DNA of 64,000 nucleotides from an uncultured bacterium (GCA_965552055.1 CBEVQO010000002.1:103229-167228), one strand, 5' to 3'; shown: positions 1 to 10,951, numbered from the stretch's first letter. Notes: generated by a model from the letters alone, not told the origin. Translations and numbers: made by a program.

Positions 1-296
1 GGCACCTCTCCCCCATATTCTTCTAAAATTTTTTGCGCTATCTCTTTTATCCTTTTTGCCTTCTGACGATAAAATCCAACAGGTTTTATTATCTCTTCAA
101 TCTCAGTTATATCAGCATTTACAAAATCTTCCGCTGTTTTAAACTTCTTAAAAAGTTTATCCGTTGTGGGAAAAGTTATCTCATCTTTTGTCCTATGTGA
201 TAAAATTGTGCCAATCAAAACTTTAAGAGGTTCTCTTTTTGTCAAAGTAAATCCATATTTTTCTTTCAGGAATTCTACAAATTTTTCAATCTGCAT
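1..296 (-). CDS. nth: Endonuclease III (HhH-GPD glycosylase), 5' part; runs off the window
   Basis: Manual translation from ATG 296: MQIEKF...PLKVLIGTILSHRTKDEIT...IKPVGFYRQKAKRIKEIAQKILEEYGGEVP, typical Nth motifs; not in the ORF track. Confidence 0.9.
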   Translation of the reverse strand, partial: MQIEKFVEFLKEKYGFTLTKREPLKVLIGTILSHRTKDEITFPTTDKLFKKFKTAEDFVNADITEIEEIIKPVGFYRQKAKRIKEIAQKILEEYGGEV

Positions 297-1224
297 GAAT
301 TTCGATTACATCTTTGTCTTTTAGTTCCTCAAATCTATCAACCTTTTGACCCGGTAATCTTCCTTCGCCCCATATTCTTGCATATTTAAAGTTGCGTGCT
401 AAATCTTTGTGAAGAGCTTCTGCTGCATCTATCACCGTTGCACCTTTTTCAAGTATTAATGGGTCTGTATAATCCGGTGGTTTGCCAGGTGCCTTCGTGA
501 ATACTCTTATTATCTCAAGCGCCTCAAATATCTTCTTTTTCATTTCGCTAAGCCCTTCGCCTGTTTTACCCGAAATCAAAATCAAATTTAAATCTGGATA
601 AAATTCTTTTAAAACTTCTAACCTGTCTTTTGAAGATGGATCATCGCATTTGTTTCCACAATACAATATTTTTACATTATGTAATTTTCTCCTTTCTAAC
701 TCCTTTTTTATAACTTGCGGTTGTTCTATAACATCGTCATTACCCAAATCAAGTAATACAAGTATTAAATCACAGGACCTGTATATATCTGTCATCCAGG
801 GAAAATCTGCATTTATTGGTGGCATATCGAGAAATTGAAATTTTATCTCTTCAAAAGGCGTCATACCCACATAGGGTTCCGTTGTCGTAAAAGGATAATC
901 CGCAACTTTAACATCTGCACCCGTTAAAGTGTTAAAAAGTGTTGATTTACCACTATTTGGCATACCACACAGTCCTATCCTTCCAGCACCTTCTCTTGGA
1001 AATCTATACGAAAAGCCTCCCTTTTTCTGACGACGCTGGGCTTCTAACTGGTCCTGTAACTTTGCCATCTTTGCGCGCAACATTGCACGCAATTTATCCG
1101 TGCCTTTGTGATGCGGCATTATGGCAAGCATCTCCTTCAAATATTCTATCTTCTCTTCAAGTGAACTCGCTTCTCTAAATTTTTTCTCAACTTCAAAAAA
1201 CTGTGGCGGTAAATTCGCAGGCAT
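286..1224 (-). CDS. Obg/DRG-family GTPase with C-terminal TGS domain
   Basis: MPANLPP N-terminus, GMPNSGKS (G1), YPFTT (G2), DMPP (G3 variant), NKCD (G4), TGS tail (FKYARIWG...DVIEIH). Confidence 0.9.
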   Translation of the reverse strand: MPANLPPQFFEVEKKFREASSLEEKIEYLKEMLAIMPHHKGTDKLRAMLRAKMAKLQDQLEAQRRQKKGGFSYRFPREGAGRIGLCGMPNSGKSTLFNTLTGADVKVADYPFTTTEPYVGMTPFEEIKFQFLDMPPINADFPWMTDIYRSCDLILVLLDLGNDDVIEQPQVIKKELERRKLHNVKILYCGNKCDDPSSKDRLEVLKEFYPDLNLILISGKTGEGLSEMKKKIFEALEIIRVFTKAPGKPPDYTDPLILEKGATVIDAAEALHKDLARNFKYARIWGEGRLPGQKVDRFEELKDKDVIEIHAD

Positions 1225-1266
1225 TTTTAATAATTATAACAAAAATACTAATTTTGTCAACCTTTT

Positions 1267-2487
1267 TCATAAGACAGGAACAATCTGAGAACCATGGGGC
1301 ATTATCAAAAATCTGGAAGAAGGATTTTTCTCTAAAATGTCATCTATCAACCTCTGCAAATCCTTTACTTTTTCCATCCTCAAAATTTTTGTGGTATTTT
1401 CATCGAGTTCAGAATAAAGATAAATTTTTGCTTTCTTGGTATATTGCACAATTTTTGCAGCTCTTTGCCATCCGACTTTGAAATTCTTCTTTATAAATTC
1501 TATCATCTCATCCGGATTTTCAAAACTTTTCATCATGTTAAAAAATTCATCGTTTCCTATTCCTTTTTCGCAACATGCTACAAAAATTATCCTTCCTTTT
1601 TCTTTCACCACAGGCACACTCGCATCAAGGGCTTTTACCGCTTGATACAGCTCCCTATCCGAAGGAAATGGTGCACATGTTATTACGACATCTGGTTCTT
1701 CCGAAATTTTAATACATAAATTATTTTTGTAAAATTCCACTCCTGCAAAGAAAGCACAATGCAAATCACCACAGAATACTTCGTAAATTTCATCACCGGA
1801 ATATAAAACCTGAATTGAAAAAACTTTATCAAGCGGAAATAAATTTGCTCCATCCATCATATCAAGATGAACAGGATTATTATCCAAATTCAAAATATTA
1901 GCATTTTCATCAAAACACAACTTGTGATTATGTTCTATTGTTTCATAATCAGCTAAACCCGGTAAAAAGCTCTTCCTTCCTCCCATAAATCCTGCAAAAT
2001 AATGTGGCTCAACAGATGTTATTATCAGCAATTTATCAAAATGAGAAAGTCTTTTGTCAAATTTGACCTTTGTGCCTCTTTGGGTAAAGCCATACAACTC
2101 AGTTTCGCTCTCTGTATTATGATACATAATTTTATCTTTAAATTTATGATAAAACTTTCCCAAAATTTTTTGTAATTCATCGTCGGCTGGTGCTCTATGA
2201 GTTCCGCATGCTACCATCACAGTTATATCTTTGCCTTCCAGATAGCGATAAATCCTCTCCAGAACTTTCGCAGTAGGTGTTGACCTGGTATGATCATTAA
2301 CAACTATCAACAGCTTTCCGGTATTTACAAAATCAAAGAAATTTTCCTTTTCCAAAGGATTTAATAACTTTTCTTCAAAATTTAAGTAATGCTTTTTTAT
2401 TTCAACTTTATCAAGCACTTTCAAAACATTTTTATCCGGAATTTCTATTTTTAACTTTTGGTTTTTATATGGAAGTTTTATTTCCAT
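1267..2487 (-). CDS. larA: Nickel-dependent lactate racemase family protein
   Basis: VNDHTRSTPT, ACGTHR, EPHYFAGFMGGRKSFLPG motifs. Confidence 0.88.
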   Translation of the reverse strand: MEIKLPYKNQKLKIEIPDKNVLKVLDKVEIKKHYLNFEEKLLNPLEKENFFDFVNTGKLLIVVNDHTRSTPTAKVLERIYRYLEGKDITVMVACGTHRAPADDELQKILGKFYHKFKDKIMYHNTESETELYGFTQRGTKVKFDKRLSHFDKLLIITSVEPHYFAGFMGGRKSFLPGLADYETIEHNHKLCFDENANILNLDNNPVHLDMMDGANLFPLDKVFSIQVLYSGDEIYEVFCGDLHCAFFAGVEFYKNNLCIKISEEPDVVITCAPFPSDRELYQAVKALDASVPVVKEKGRIIFVACCEKGIGNDEFFNMMKSFENPDEMIEFIKKNFKVGWQRAAKIVQYTKKAKIYLYSELDENTTKILRMEKVKDLQRLIDDILEKNPSSRFLIMPHGSQIVPVL

Positions 2488-3527
2488 AGGGGTAAAGTTG
2501 TTTCTTTTTCTGCTTTCAGTTGTCTTCCACTTTTTACAGAAGAAATTATTGCCTGCATCTTTGTTATCTCGCCAACCATTAGATCCCTTGAATTCTGCAA
2601 CATTGTTATTGCACTTGTAAAACGCTTATTTGCTTCGTTTAATAATTTTGTTAAACTTTTTTCCATCTCCTTTAGAGAAGAACTTAATTTCTGAATACTC
2701 AATGGAGGCTGTTTTATCCTTGTAAATACCTGCAAAAGTAAAAGAATAAAAGGCAATAATAAACTATAACTCAAAATTATAACTCCGCTCTTTGAAGCCT
2801 CTTCTCTCAATTTAAGACCTTCTTTTGTGAATACACAAATTTTATAAACAGTATCCGGAATAACTGCAATACCAAAGCCTGCTGTCATATCCGGGTCGAG
2901 ATACTTTGTTATTTTTTCAACCTGTAATCTTACAGCGCTTATTATTTTTCTTACTGCCTCTCGTTTGACCATAGGATTTTCGTTTTCGGATTCTATTTTC
3001 TCAATTTCTTTTGTTGCCACAAATTTACTGTCTATCGGAATCACTTTATCATCTCCCGGTAAAGAGAGAGCAAATTCTACTCTTCCGCCTCTTATGGGAT
3101 AATCTGTTTTTATCCATTCCGATGGTAAATCCTTAAGCACTTCTCTCACTTTTTCTTCTCCTACTTCCCCCTTTTCGGTGGCATAGCGTGTTTCAAGTCG
3201 TCTAACTGCTTCAAATATTTTCTCATCCTGACGATGATGGTGCTGTAAAAATTCGCCTATGGTTGCGAGTACTTCTTTTATTTTTGAAGTTTCGCTCTGT
3301 GCTTCCTGATTTAATCTTTGAAGATTGTCAATCGCTTCTTTTGTTCTGGAACTTTGTTCTCTCAGCTGTGTTACACTTTCGGTAAGAGATTGAATGGCTG
3401 ACTGCGATTGCTCTACATTCGATAGTTTTTCACGCAAAACCGAAATCTCCGAAATAAATTTGTTATAAATCAAAAATAAAAGAACGAGAACAACGATTAT
3501 AAGAATTATGGCATAAAGCCACATCAT
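2478..3527 (-). CDS. rmuC: DNA recombination protein RmuC family
   Basis: N-terminal TM helix, coiled coil, GEVGE, IPIDSKF nuclease-like motif; start moved to ATG 3527. Confidence 0.82.
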   Translation of the reverse strand: MMWLYAIILIIVVLVLLFLIYNKFISEISVLREKLSNVEQSQSAIQSLTESVTQLREQSSRTKEAIDNLQRLNQEAQSETSKIKEVLATIGEFLQHHHRQDEKIFEAVRRLETRYATEKGEVGEEKVREVLKDLPSEWIKTDYPIRGGRVEFALSLPGDDKVIPIDSKFVATKEIEKIESENENPMVKREAVRKIISAVRLQVEKITKYLDPDMTAGFGIAVIPDTVYKICVFTKEGLKLREEASKSGVIILSYSLLLPFILLLLQVFTRIKQPPLSIQKLSSSLKEMEKSLTKLLNEANKRFTSAITMLQNSRDLMVGEITKMQAIISSVKSGRQLKAEKETTLPLWK

Positions 3528-3571
3528 TACAAAAATTTTTAATAATTTTCCACCTTTGTCAACCAAAAATT

Positions 3572-5548
3572 TTATAAAATTTTTAGGATATTTTTCACTT
3601 TTGTAAGTCCTTCTTTTGCTTTATCGTAATGTGGGTCAATTTCAAGTGCTTTCTCAAACGCCATCTTCGCCTCTTCATACCTGCCCATCCCAAATAATGC
3701 TTCGCCCTTCCATCTCCATGCGATTTCGGCATCCTTCTCGGGATTTAATTTAATAAATTTCTCTGCTGTTTGAAGAGCTTCTTCATATTCTCCCAGCAAA
3801 CAGCATGCTTCTGCAAGACCAAGCCAGCCATCGGGCAACATGGGATTCAATTCAACAACCCTGCAAAATGCCTCTTTCATCTCTTTGTATTTCTCCATAT
3901 ATCTATAAGTCCAGCCAAGTTCTGCATAAATCTCCCATTTATCACCTTCATATTTTAATGCTTCTTTAAAAGATTTCTCTGATTCTTCGTAGTTTCTTAA
4001 TTCAAAGAAAACTCTTCCTTTGTAAAACCATGCTGTTGAGTGCTCTGGCTTCATTTCGGTTACTTTATCGAGTATTTCAAGTGCTTTTTCAAATTCGCCA
4101 ATTTCAAATAATGCCCTTCCTTTTATAAAAAGTGCCCTTACATCTTTTTCATCATTTTTTAATATTTCGTCCGCTATTTCAATTGCGCTCCAGTATTTTT
4201 TAAGTCCGATAAACGCACTTGCTTTGAGATGAAGTGCTTCCATATTTTTCTCTTTTTCAAGAACCGCATTACATAATTTTATCACTGATTGGTAATCTTT
4301 TGTCTCTTTCAACATAAGTTCTGCTTCTCTGATTATTGCATCTTTGCATGCTGGGTCAATCTTCCTTGCTTTCCTAAAAGCATTTATTGCCTTTTTATTT
4401 TCACCCATCTCTTCCAGCACTTTTCCAAGATAATACCAGTAAACGGGATTTTTCTCATCGTCTTCTATAGCTTTTTCTATACAATATTTTGCTTCCTTAT
4501 AATTTCCTTCTTCCATGTATTCGATTGCATCCGAGAAAATCGTTGAAGCCGAATATTCTTCTTCTGGCAATTCTATTTTCTCCTTTATTATTTTATCTGA
4601 TGGATTGCCGAAATGAGCATATCCGCACCATACTATTGACCTCTTTCTATAAAATTCATTGCGAAGTTCCAGAAGTATATGTCCTATTGTTTCGCCTTCC
4701 AGCATCTTTCTGTAAAATTTTACAGCAAAATTTGCACTATCATGTGAGGGAATTTTAAAAAATGAACCTATATAATGTCTCACACCTGCTTCAACAAATC
4801 CTTTCGCAATATCAAAAGAAGTTTCACATGCATTTGCAAATATGAGGAAAACTTTTTCTAAAGGTAAATCTTTAACATCTTCCGCTTTTAACTTCTCTCC
4901 TTTGTAAAGTTTCCAGCCATCTTTTTCCGCATGCCCTATGTAATGAATTATGTTATATTTAAATAGATTCGCTTTGATTTCCTGTTTTGATGCCGTAAAT
5001 CCGCCTCGCAAATCAAGTGATTTAATTCTTTTCTTTTTCTTCAATCTGCTTAATCTGTTGATGATTTCAATTGTTTCCAATTTTGCATCTTTTTCTATAT
5101 CTCTATCTTCTGTTGGATTTTTTATTATAAGCATTTTTAAGGGTGGGTAAATTTTTTCGAATTTTCTTTCTCTTTTTATTCTTATAATGCGTGCAATTTG
5201 GAATTTAAGTCCCCAGAATTCATCATCATATATGATTTCATAAGGAATTTGTAAAAGCCCCTCTTCAACTTCAAAAAGCAATTTGCTTCCTTCTCTCAAT
5301 CTTTTAAAAGCGGGTTCAAATTCTTTAAACATAACTTTAAATAAAGTTTTGCCAATAGATTTTATTTCCTCTGTAAACTCATCAAAATCTTTGCCCGGTA
5401 TTACAATATTACATTTTTCATAAAATTTTTCGCAAATTTCCTTTATATTTTCTATTTTTATTTTTTTCTCGGTAATTCCTGCGTATCGGTGGATTTTAGG
5501 TCGCACAAGTATATAATCGTCGATTTTAAAAAGATGAATTTCTTTCAC
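3572..5548 (-). CDS. CHAT (caspase-like) protease with C-terminal TPR array
   Basis: LLQIPYE, IIHYIGHA (catalytic His), IFANACET (catalytic Cys), WCGYAHFGNP; C-terminal half is TPR repeats. Confidence 0.9.
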   Translation of the reverse strand: MKEIHLFKIDDYILVRPKIHRYAGITEKKIKIENIKEICEKFYEKCNIVIPGKDFDEFTEEIKSIGKTLFKVMFKEFEPAFKRLREGSKLLFEVEEGLLQIPYEIIYDDEFWGLKFQIARIIRIKRERKFEKIYPPLKMLIIKNPTEDRDIEKDAKLETIEIINRLSRLKKKKRIKSLDLRGGFTASKQEIKANLFKYNIIHYIGHAEKDGWKLYKGEKLKAEDVKDLPLEKVFLIFANACETSFDIAKGFVEAGVRHYIGSFFKIPSHDSANFAVKFYRKMLEGETIGHILLELRNEFYRKRSIVWCGYAHFGNPSDKIIKEKIELPEEEYSASTIFSDAIEYMEEGNYKEAKYCIEKAIEDDEKNPVYWYYLGKVLEEMGENKKAINAFRKARKIDPACKDAIIREAELMLKETKDYQSVIKLCNAVLEKEKNMEALHLKASAFIGLKKYWSAIEIADEILKNDEKDVRALFIKGRALFEIGEFEKALEILDKVTEMKPEHSTAWFYKGRVFFELRNYEESEKSFKEALKYEGDKWEIYAELGWTYRYMEKYKEMKEAFCRVVELNPMLPDGWLGLAEACCLLGEYEEALQTAEKFIKLNPEKDAEIAWRWKGEALFGMGRYEEAKMAFEKALEIDPHYDKAKEGLTKVKNILKIL

Positions 5549-5554
5549 AAATTT

Positions 5555-5581
5555 ATTATAATTTGCATTTTATATTGTCAA
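5555..5581 (-). promoter_or_regulatory. sigma70-type promoter TTGACA-N15-TATAAT, GTG start 6 nt downstream
   Basis: Both consensus hexamers read directly. Confidence 0.7.
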
Positions 5582-5880
5582 GAATTCTTCCAGTGAGGAT
5601 GTGAGAGTCCCATTGTGAAAAATGTTTCAACGATATTTGCGATAAAATGCGAAAATTTGTGGGGAAATTTTAATTTGCCTTCCAGTAAGAATTCAACAGT
5701 TTCGTGAATCAATATCCCTAACTTCTCAAACACCGAGCATTTTTGAAAAATGTAAATCTTATCATAAATCCATGCACCCGTTTCCTTTTTCAATTTTATA
5801 ACCTCTCCCTTTTCATCATGCAAAATAAGATTCACATCAGTAAGAACAATTTTTAAAGGAAAGTTTATTTTCTTTTTCAT
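5578..5880 (-). CDS. Hypothetical protein with HExxE and HxxA motifs (possible minimal zincin-like)
   Basis: LIHETVEF...SHFIA; ATGA overlap with upstream gene. Confidence 0.55.
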   Translation of the reverse strand: MKKKINFPLKIVLTDVNLILHDEKGEVIKLKKETGAWIYDKIYIFQKCSVFEKLGILIHETVEFLLEGKLKFPHKFSHFIANIVETFFTMGLSHPHWKNS

Positions 5881-6257
5881 TCTCGTTGAAATTTGCCATT
5901 TTTATTTATTTCTATAAGAATTTTTTCAATTAGTTTATCAACTTCTTTAAGGCGAGACTCCTTTATTTCGAGATCATAAGGAAATCCTTCAATCCATTCT
6001 TTTAATTCATAAAGAACATCTAAAATTTGCCCATCCGCTTTTTCTTCACAATAACCAAAGATAACTTCTTTTGCTTTTTCCCACCCGTTAATAAGTACTT
6101 TCCTAAACACTCTAAGCAGGAAATCTTTTTGTTCGTCTATACTTAATGTTATATTACCTTTCTTTATATCCTCAAATATTTTGCGTAGCTTTTCACAAAA
6201 TTCAGATTCATCGCGAATGCGAAAAATCTCTTTGCAAATTTCCTTCCACTCTCTCAT
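5877..6257 (-). CDS. Hypothetical helical protein
   Basis: ORF; AAGGAGG RBS before ATG 6257. Confidence 0.6.
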   Translation of the reverse strand: MREWKEICKEIFRIRDESEFCEKLRKIFEDIKKGNITLSIDEQKDFLLRVFRKVLINGWEKAKEVIFGYCEEKADGQILDVLYELKEWIEGFPYDLEIKESRLKEVDKLIEKILIEINKNGKFQRE

Positions 6258-6297
6258 AGCTCCCTCCTTTTTCATAACATTATTACATCTCATTACT

Positions 6298-8397
6298 TCA
6301 CATTTTATTTTTAAGAATATTTAACCTTTGGTAGAATTTTCGATTATCTTTTAAATCGTCATAAGTTGAAATAATCAACACTTTCCTTTCAAGGCGGGTA
6401 CTTTCATCTATTTCTGAAAGTTTCCTTATCACAAAACCTGCTTTTTTATATTTTTCTTCTTTCTCTTTCTGATGCCTTAAATATTTCTCATCTTCCATTC
6501 CATAGTGCTCCCATAGTATTTCTTTATCTTTGGATATTAATTTAAAATCGGGACATACTCCAATGTCGAGATACGCGGATAAAGGTTCATATTGATATTC
6601 TATCTCTGCTTTGCGCAAGAGATTAGCAATTAAGCATTCCTGCCAACTTCTTACTTTTTCTCCATTCAAAGTAATAATTCTCAAATTTTCGGGTAGCAAT
6701 CTCACATCTATAGGATTATCAAACAAATATGTTTTTCTTTTTAATAGCTCGGAAGCACTTACATTGAGTAAATTTGCAATGTGGTCTTCTACTATTATAT
6801 AAAGCCGCCTCTGAGCACGAGTTACAGCGGTATACATCATCTCTCTCGATTTAAAATGCTTTAAACCTTTGGGAATAACCAATAACACATTTTCAAATTC
6901 ACTTCCCTGACTCTTATGTATAGTTATGGCGTAAGCATAATCTAAATTTTCTCCTAACTGATTTAAATAAGCAAATTTCTTTGGAGGAAAGAAAAATTTA
7001 ACTTTTCCATTTCTTAACACATATCCCATCATTCCGTTAAATACTTCTATTTTATAATCATTTTTAGTTTGAATCACTTTGTCTCCCATATAAAACTGTT
7101 TTTGTAACACAATATCTGCTTTCTTTGCAAATCTGGATTCTTGGCGTAAAAAGAGACTTAAATTATAGGAGCCATTTTCACCTTTAATTCTAGTTGGGGT
7201 TAGAATCTGTAATTTATCCTCATATACTAAAAATTTATAAAAACCCTTTGCATCTACAGAAAAATCGTTTTCCCTGAGTAATTCCTCAATTGCTTTTTCC
7301 ACCTCCTTTCGTATATTATTTTTAACAACTTTTACAGTTATGACTTCTTTCTCATCGGTTCTTATTGAAAACTTATCCGCGTTATCTTCTGAAATTTTAT
7401 TACTGAATAATTCATTTAATATTTGTTCTTTTATTGCATAAGGTGTATCTGTGAGAAATATTTTAGAGAACTCAACTATCTTTTTACATTCAGTACGAAG
7501 AATTTTTTCTAATTTTACAATACAATCCTTGTGGTTTTTCTGGAGATATTGATAAAGGTCATAGAAAGGCTTGCCAGCATCTACAGGCGGAAGTTGATTC
7601 ACATCCCCTATCATTATAAAATACTGTAAATTGTTTTTATTGATAAGGGTAAGTAGCATCCCTAAAGTTTGAGTATCTACCATAGATGCTTCGTCTATAA
7701 TTATGGCATCAAGCTTCTTTTTGCGTGATTCTTCTGGAACTTCTTTCAAAATAAAATATTCAAAGTCATAAAAATTGCGTAACTCAGTTGATATAAATCT
7801 GTGTATGGTTTTGACTTCAAGGATTCCTTTCAACTTTTCCATCGTTCTCATGGCTGCTTTTCCAGTAGGAGTTAATACTTTTATTTCTTTTAATCCATTT
7901 TTTAACATTGCTTTTACAAGTGCTTTTATTACATGTGTTTTTCCACTTCCAGCAGGGCCTGTTAAAATACCCACTCTCTTTCTAAGAAGAGATTTAACCG
8001 CATTTATTTGCTCTTTTAATATTTCCTCGTATTCTTCTTGGATTAAATTTACGAATGCGTTTTCTTTCAAATCTTCTTTGATTTCGTCCTCTGTTACATC
8101 AGCTTCAGGTTGTGGCAAGCTATTCAAATATTCGATTATTTCCCCTATTCTTTTTTCAAATCTTTTTACCTCTTTTAAAGTATAAACCCAAATTTCATCT
8201 CCATTTACTTTTACTTTATCTATTTCTACTTTTTCCTGAATGAAATTTTCGTATTCCTTTATTTTGTTTATAAACTCCTTCTGATTTATATCATAAATAT
8301 CTTCTCTGTTTCTTCTTTTGAAATACTCCATAATTTCTAAATCTGTTAAAGATGTATGCCCTTCTTTTAAAGCTTGCTTTAATAAAGTAATCAACAA
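6298..8397 (-). CDS. RecD2-like SF1B helicase with C-terminal PD-(D/E)xK-like nuclease domain (3' part of a split gene)
   Basis: GPAGSGKT, IIDEASM, GDVNQLPPV, YAITIHKSQGSEF, YTAVTRA; C-terminal GEKVRSxxE-IAN...YEP...PDF...WEHYG. Confidence 0.85.
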   Translation of the reverse strand: MLITLLKQALKEGHTSLTDLEIMEYFKRRNREDIYDINQKEFINKIKEYENFIQEKVEIDKVKVNGDEIWVYTLKEVKRFEKRIGEIIEYLNSLPQPEADVTEDEIKEDLKENAFVNLIQEEYEEILKEQINAVKSLLRKRVGILTGPAGSGKTHVIKALVKAMLKNGLKEIKVLTPTGKAAMRTMEKLKGILEVKTIHRFISTELRNFYDFEYFILKEVPEESRKKKLDAIIIDEASMVDTQTLGMLLTLINKNNLQYFIMIGDVNQLPPVDAGKPFYDLYQYLQKNHKDCIVKLEKILRTECKKIVEFSKIFLTDTPYAIKEQILNELFSNKISEDNADKFSIRTDEKEVITVKVVKNNIRKEVEKAIEELLRENDFSVDAKGFYKFLVYEDKLQILTPTRIKGENGSYNLSLFLRQESRFAKKADIVLQKQFYMGDKVIQTKNDYKIEVFNGMMGYVLRNGKVKFFFPPKKFAYLNQLGENLDYAYAITIHKSQGSEFENVLLVIPKGLKHFKSREMMYTAVTRAQRRLYIIVEDHIANLLNVSASELLKRKTYLFDNPIDVRLLPENLRIITLNGEKVRSWQECLIANLLRKAEIEYQYEPLSAYLDIGVCPDFKLISKDKEILWEHYGMEDEKYLRHQKEKEEKYKKAGFVIRKLSEIDESTRLERKVLIISTYDDLKDNRKFYQRLNILKNKM

Positions 8398-8495
8398 TGC
8401 TCTTATTCTCTCCTTGTTTACACTATCAAATTTTTTGTTAAGTTCTTCAAAGCGCCTCTTTTCACCAAAATCAATTTCCTCAAAAGTTACAGGTT

Positions 8496-9032
8496 CTAAT
8501 AATCTCTTCCTTTTTCTTTGAAATATAAATATAATTCCTGATAAGGTATTACAAAAATAGGATTTTCAAAATCAACTTTTAAATCAAAAGATACATTAAT
8601 CTTGTTTTTCTTACTGTCACTACTTATATTTGAAATTTCTTTTATTTTTAGACATGCTGCTATTATTTTATCCTCTGCTATTGGATTTTCTCTAATGTGT
8701 ACCAGAGCATATCCCCCTTTCACTAACTCGAGCATTTCCGTTATCTCATCTTCCTTTCCTTTAGTTACTCCATAAAACGCTCCCCAGAGTCTTCCAGTGC
8801 TGAAAAGTTCTTTTTCAATACCACAAGGTGGATTTTGAATTTCTTCTATTTTCTTTCCCGCACAATTCTCGCATTTTTCTGTTCTTTTCTTATTTGCCCA
8901 ATCCCAACCGTATTTTGTTGATTTTACCCAGTTAAAAGATTCGCAATAGACATTTTCCTTGGGATTACGGCATATTCTCCCGTTCCAACCCATATCGTGC
9001 CATGCTACCATTACAGCAAGATGTTTAAACAT
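8496..9032 (-). pseudogene. N-terminal fragment of the RecD2-like helicase (WHDxGWNGRICxNP domain), out of frame with 6298-8397
   Basis: Aligns with the N-terminus of paralog 12519-15365; about 200 codons present in the paralog are absent at ~8495. Confidence 0.8.
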
Positions 9033-9050
9033 AACCCCCCCCTTTCTTTA

Positions 9051-9713
9051 TTAAAGTTTTTCTAATAAAATATCAAAGCGCGCAATTATACTTTTTTCTT
9101 TTCTAATTTTAATGGTATAAACTTTTTTCTCAAAAAGTAAAGTTACAGGTTCTTTTGTCAATGTAGCGATTAGATTTCCATTTGCAAATAATAATGCTTC
9201 TGCATCTTCTATTGGTTTATTTTCTTCTTTGTCCTTTATTTCAATTAACTTCAGATTTATTTTATCATCTTTTGTCTGTACATCGAGTGTAACTTTTATC
9301 TTTTCTGTTTCGCTCTCAATTTTCCATGCGTTTGGCAGTTTTTTACCGCTCCGGGTAGTGATAAATGCTCTTTCTTCTATATGGGTGCTTCCGTATAACT
9401 GGCGTGTTGCTATCTGAAACAGCTTTATGGATAACAAAAGATGCAGGACAGTTGAACACATTTCTTTTTTCTTCTCTCTTTCCAGATATTTCTTTAAACT
9501 TTTCATTTCCATCACTTTGCGAAAACATGCATCACATTCTGTAAGATGCTTCTCAAACACTTCACGCAACTCATCCGGCAGAGTGCCATCAACATATCCT
9601 GCTATCCAGTGTTCGTCATACTCTTTACAATCGGGTATGGGCTCCGTTTTTCTCATCTCTCTCAATGCCCTTAAGAGCCATTCAATATCATCGTTGTCAA
9701 AATCAGGACACAT
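9051..9713 (-). CDS. zf-HC2 anti-sigma factor, soluble, beta-rich C-terminal domain
   Basis: YVDGTL...FEKHLTECDAC (HxxxCxxC); overlaps the sigma gene; no clear TM segment. Confidence 0.85.
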   Translation of the reverse strand: MCPDFDNDDIEWLLRALREMRKTEPIPDCKEYDEHWIAGYVDGTLPDELREVFEKHLTECDACFRKVMEMKSLKKYLEREKKKEMCSTVLHLLLSIKLFQIATRQLYGSTHIEERAFITTRSGKKLPNAWKIESETEKIKVTLDVQTKDDKINLKLIEIKDKEENKPIEDAEALLFANGNLIATLTKEPVTLLFEKKVYTIKIRKEKSIIARFDILLEKL

Positions 9714-10605
9714 TTTCCCTCCTTTTTATATTTTTGAATTTCTTTTCAATCTCCTTTCTTACTCTGTGAATAATCTGGTCAACATAATTACGATTTATTC
9801 CTAAAAACTCTGCTATTTGTTCATAGCAGGGTCTCCTTGCACTCTCCGGGACAGCTTTCCCCTCCTTTAAATACTTTATTATCTGCCATTCTATTTTTGC
9901 ATCCATTAAAACGAGTTCATCGGTTATTTCATCAATCCTTTTCTTTGTCAATTTCATTATGGTTAAAACTTCTCTCCTATCTTCAAGTATATTGAATTCA
10001 GGCCATAACCACAATTTAAAGACGATTCTTTTAAGAGGGGGAAGTTTCTCTATTTCTTTTCTTATTTCCCTGCAAGTCATTTCCGTTATAATTTTATTTT
10101 CTTCGGTTAGATAGCCAATCAGTCCTTTTGGAGGCTTTGTTTTAGCTCTGGTAAACTTCTTTTCTAACTCTTGCTCTCTTTTGCTTTTCTTCTCCGGAGA
10201 CAATCTTTCTTCAATCTCTTCTAAATTTTTTTCATCCATTTTAATTTCGCGTAATTTTCTTATAAGAATGCGTGGAAGCCAATTTATAAAAATTCCTGTT
10301 ATCCATGTTGTGAATTTAGCTTTTGTTCTGTGATTTGGATCGTATCGTTTTATTATTTCAAGATTTGACAATAAATAATTATAAAGGAAATCTCTGCAAA
10401 TATCTTCTTTTTCATCAGAATCTAACTCCTCGAGTATCTGGAATCCCATCTCTTCTTTTCCTCTGAGTTTACTCAAAATAATGCGTTCAATAAGTCCCTT
10501 TAAAACAGAGATATACTTGTCGAGCGCAAAAATTGCTTTTTTGCAGGCATCTAAATCACAATTATGACACTTTTCTAATTGCTCTCGTGAAACTAACTCA
10601 TTCAT
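9703..10605 (-). CDS. Divergent ECF-type RNA polymerase sigma factor
   Basis: Region-2-like EDICRDF...RYDP...KFTTWITGIFIN; region-4 HTH YEQIAEFLGINRNYVDQIIHRVRK; adjacent zf-HC2 gene. Confidence 0.78.
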   Translation of the reverse strand: MNELVSREQLEKCHNCDLDACKKAIFALDKYISVLKGLIERIILSKLRGKEEMGFQILEELDSDEKEDICRDFLYNYLLSNLEIIKRYDPNHRTKAKFTTWITGIFINWLPRILIRKLREIKMDEKNLEEIEERLSPEKKSKREQELEKKFTRAKTKPPKGLIGYLTEENKIITEMTCREIRKEIEKLPPLKRIVFKLWLWPEFNILEDRREVLTIMKLTKKRIDEITDELVLMDAKIEWQIIKYLKEGKAVPESARRPCYEQIAEFLGINRNYVDQIIHRVRKEIEKKFKNIKRRENVS

Positions 10606-10687
10606 GGTTCCCCCTTCACCTTATTTTACATCAAATACAGCGTTGTCAATATCATTTTTTATTAGTTTAGAGAAAGATGCACGCAAA

Positions 10688-10951
10688 CTATTCAAATAAA
10701 CATTTATTGTATCTTCGAGTTTGTTTATAGTGTTATCAATGTCAATAAGTGCATCTCTCATCTCTTTGAATTTTTCCTTTATCTGCTGAATTTCCACATC
10801 CCGTTTTATATATTGGAGAAAGATAGAAAGTCGATGGAGATACTAGCATAACATTCTTTTCGTAGGCGTATGCAGGCTTAATAGGTATAACTTTTCGCCA
10901 CCCGACTATTTTTATCCTGTCACAGCAATTAAATTGTTGATTCTTACCCAT
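10688..10951 (-). pseudogene. Internally deleted, frameshifted RmuC-like remnant
   Basis: Strong RBS; KVIPI joined directly to YAYEKNVMLVSPSTFY (RmuC-like motifs); +1 frame continues as coiled coil RDVEIQQIKEKFKEMRDALIDID to TAG 10688. Confidence 0.6.

Noticed and set aside
6270-6310. Possible sixth copy of the island promoter motif (GTAATAA before gene 6257)
   Set aside because: No TGTAAG at 16-nt spacing
8397-8520. Programmed frameshift joining the two helicase ORFs
   Set aside because: Comparison with the paralog shows about 200 codons missing at the junction, which favours a deletion
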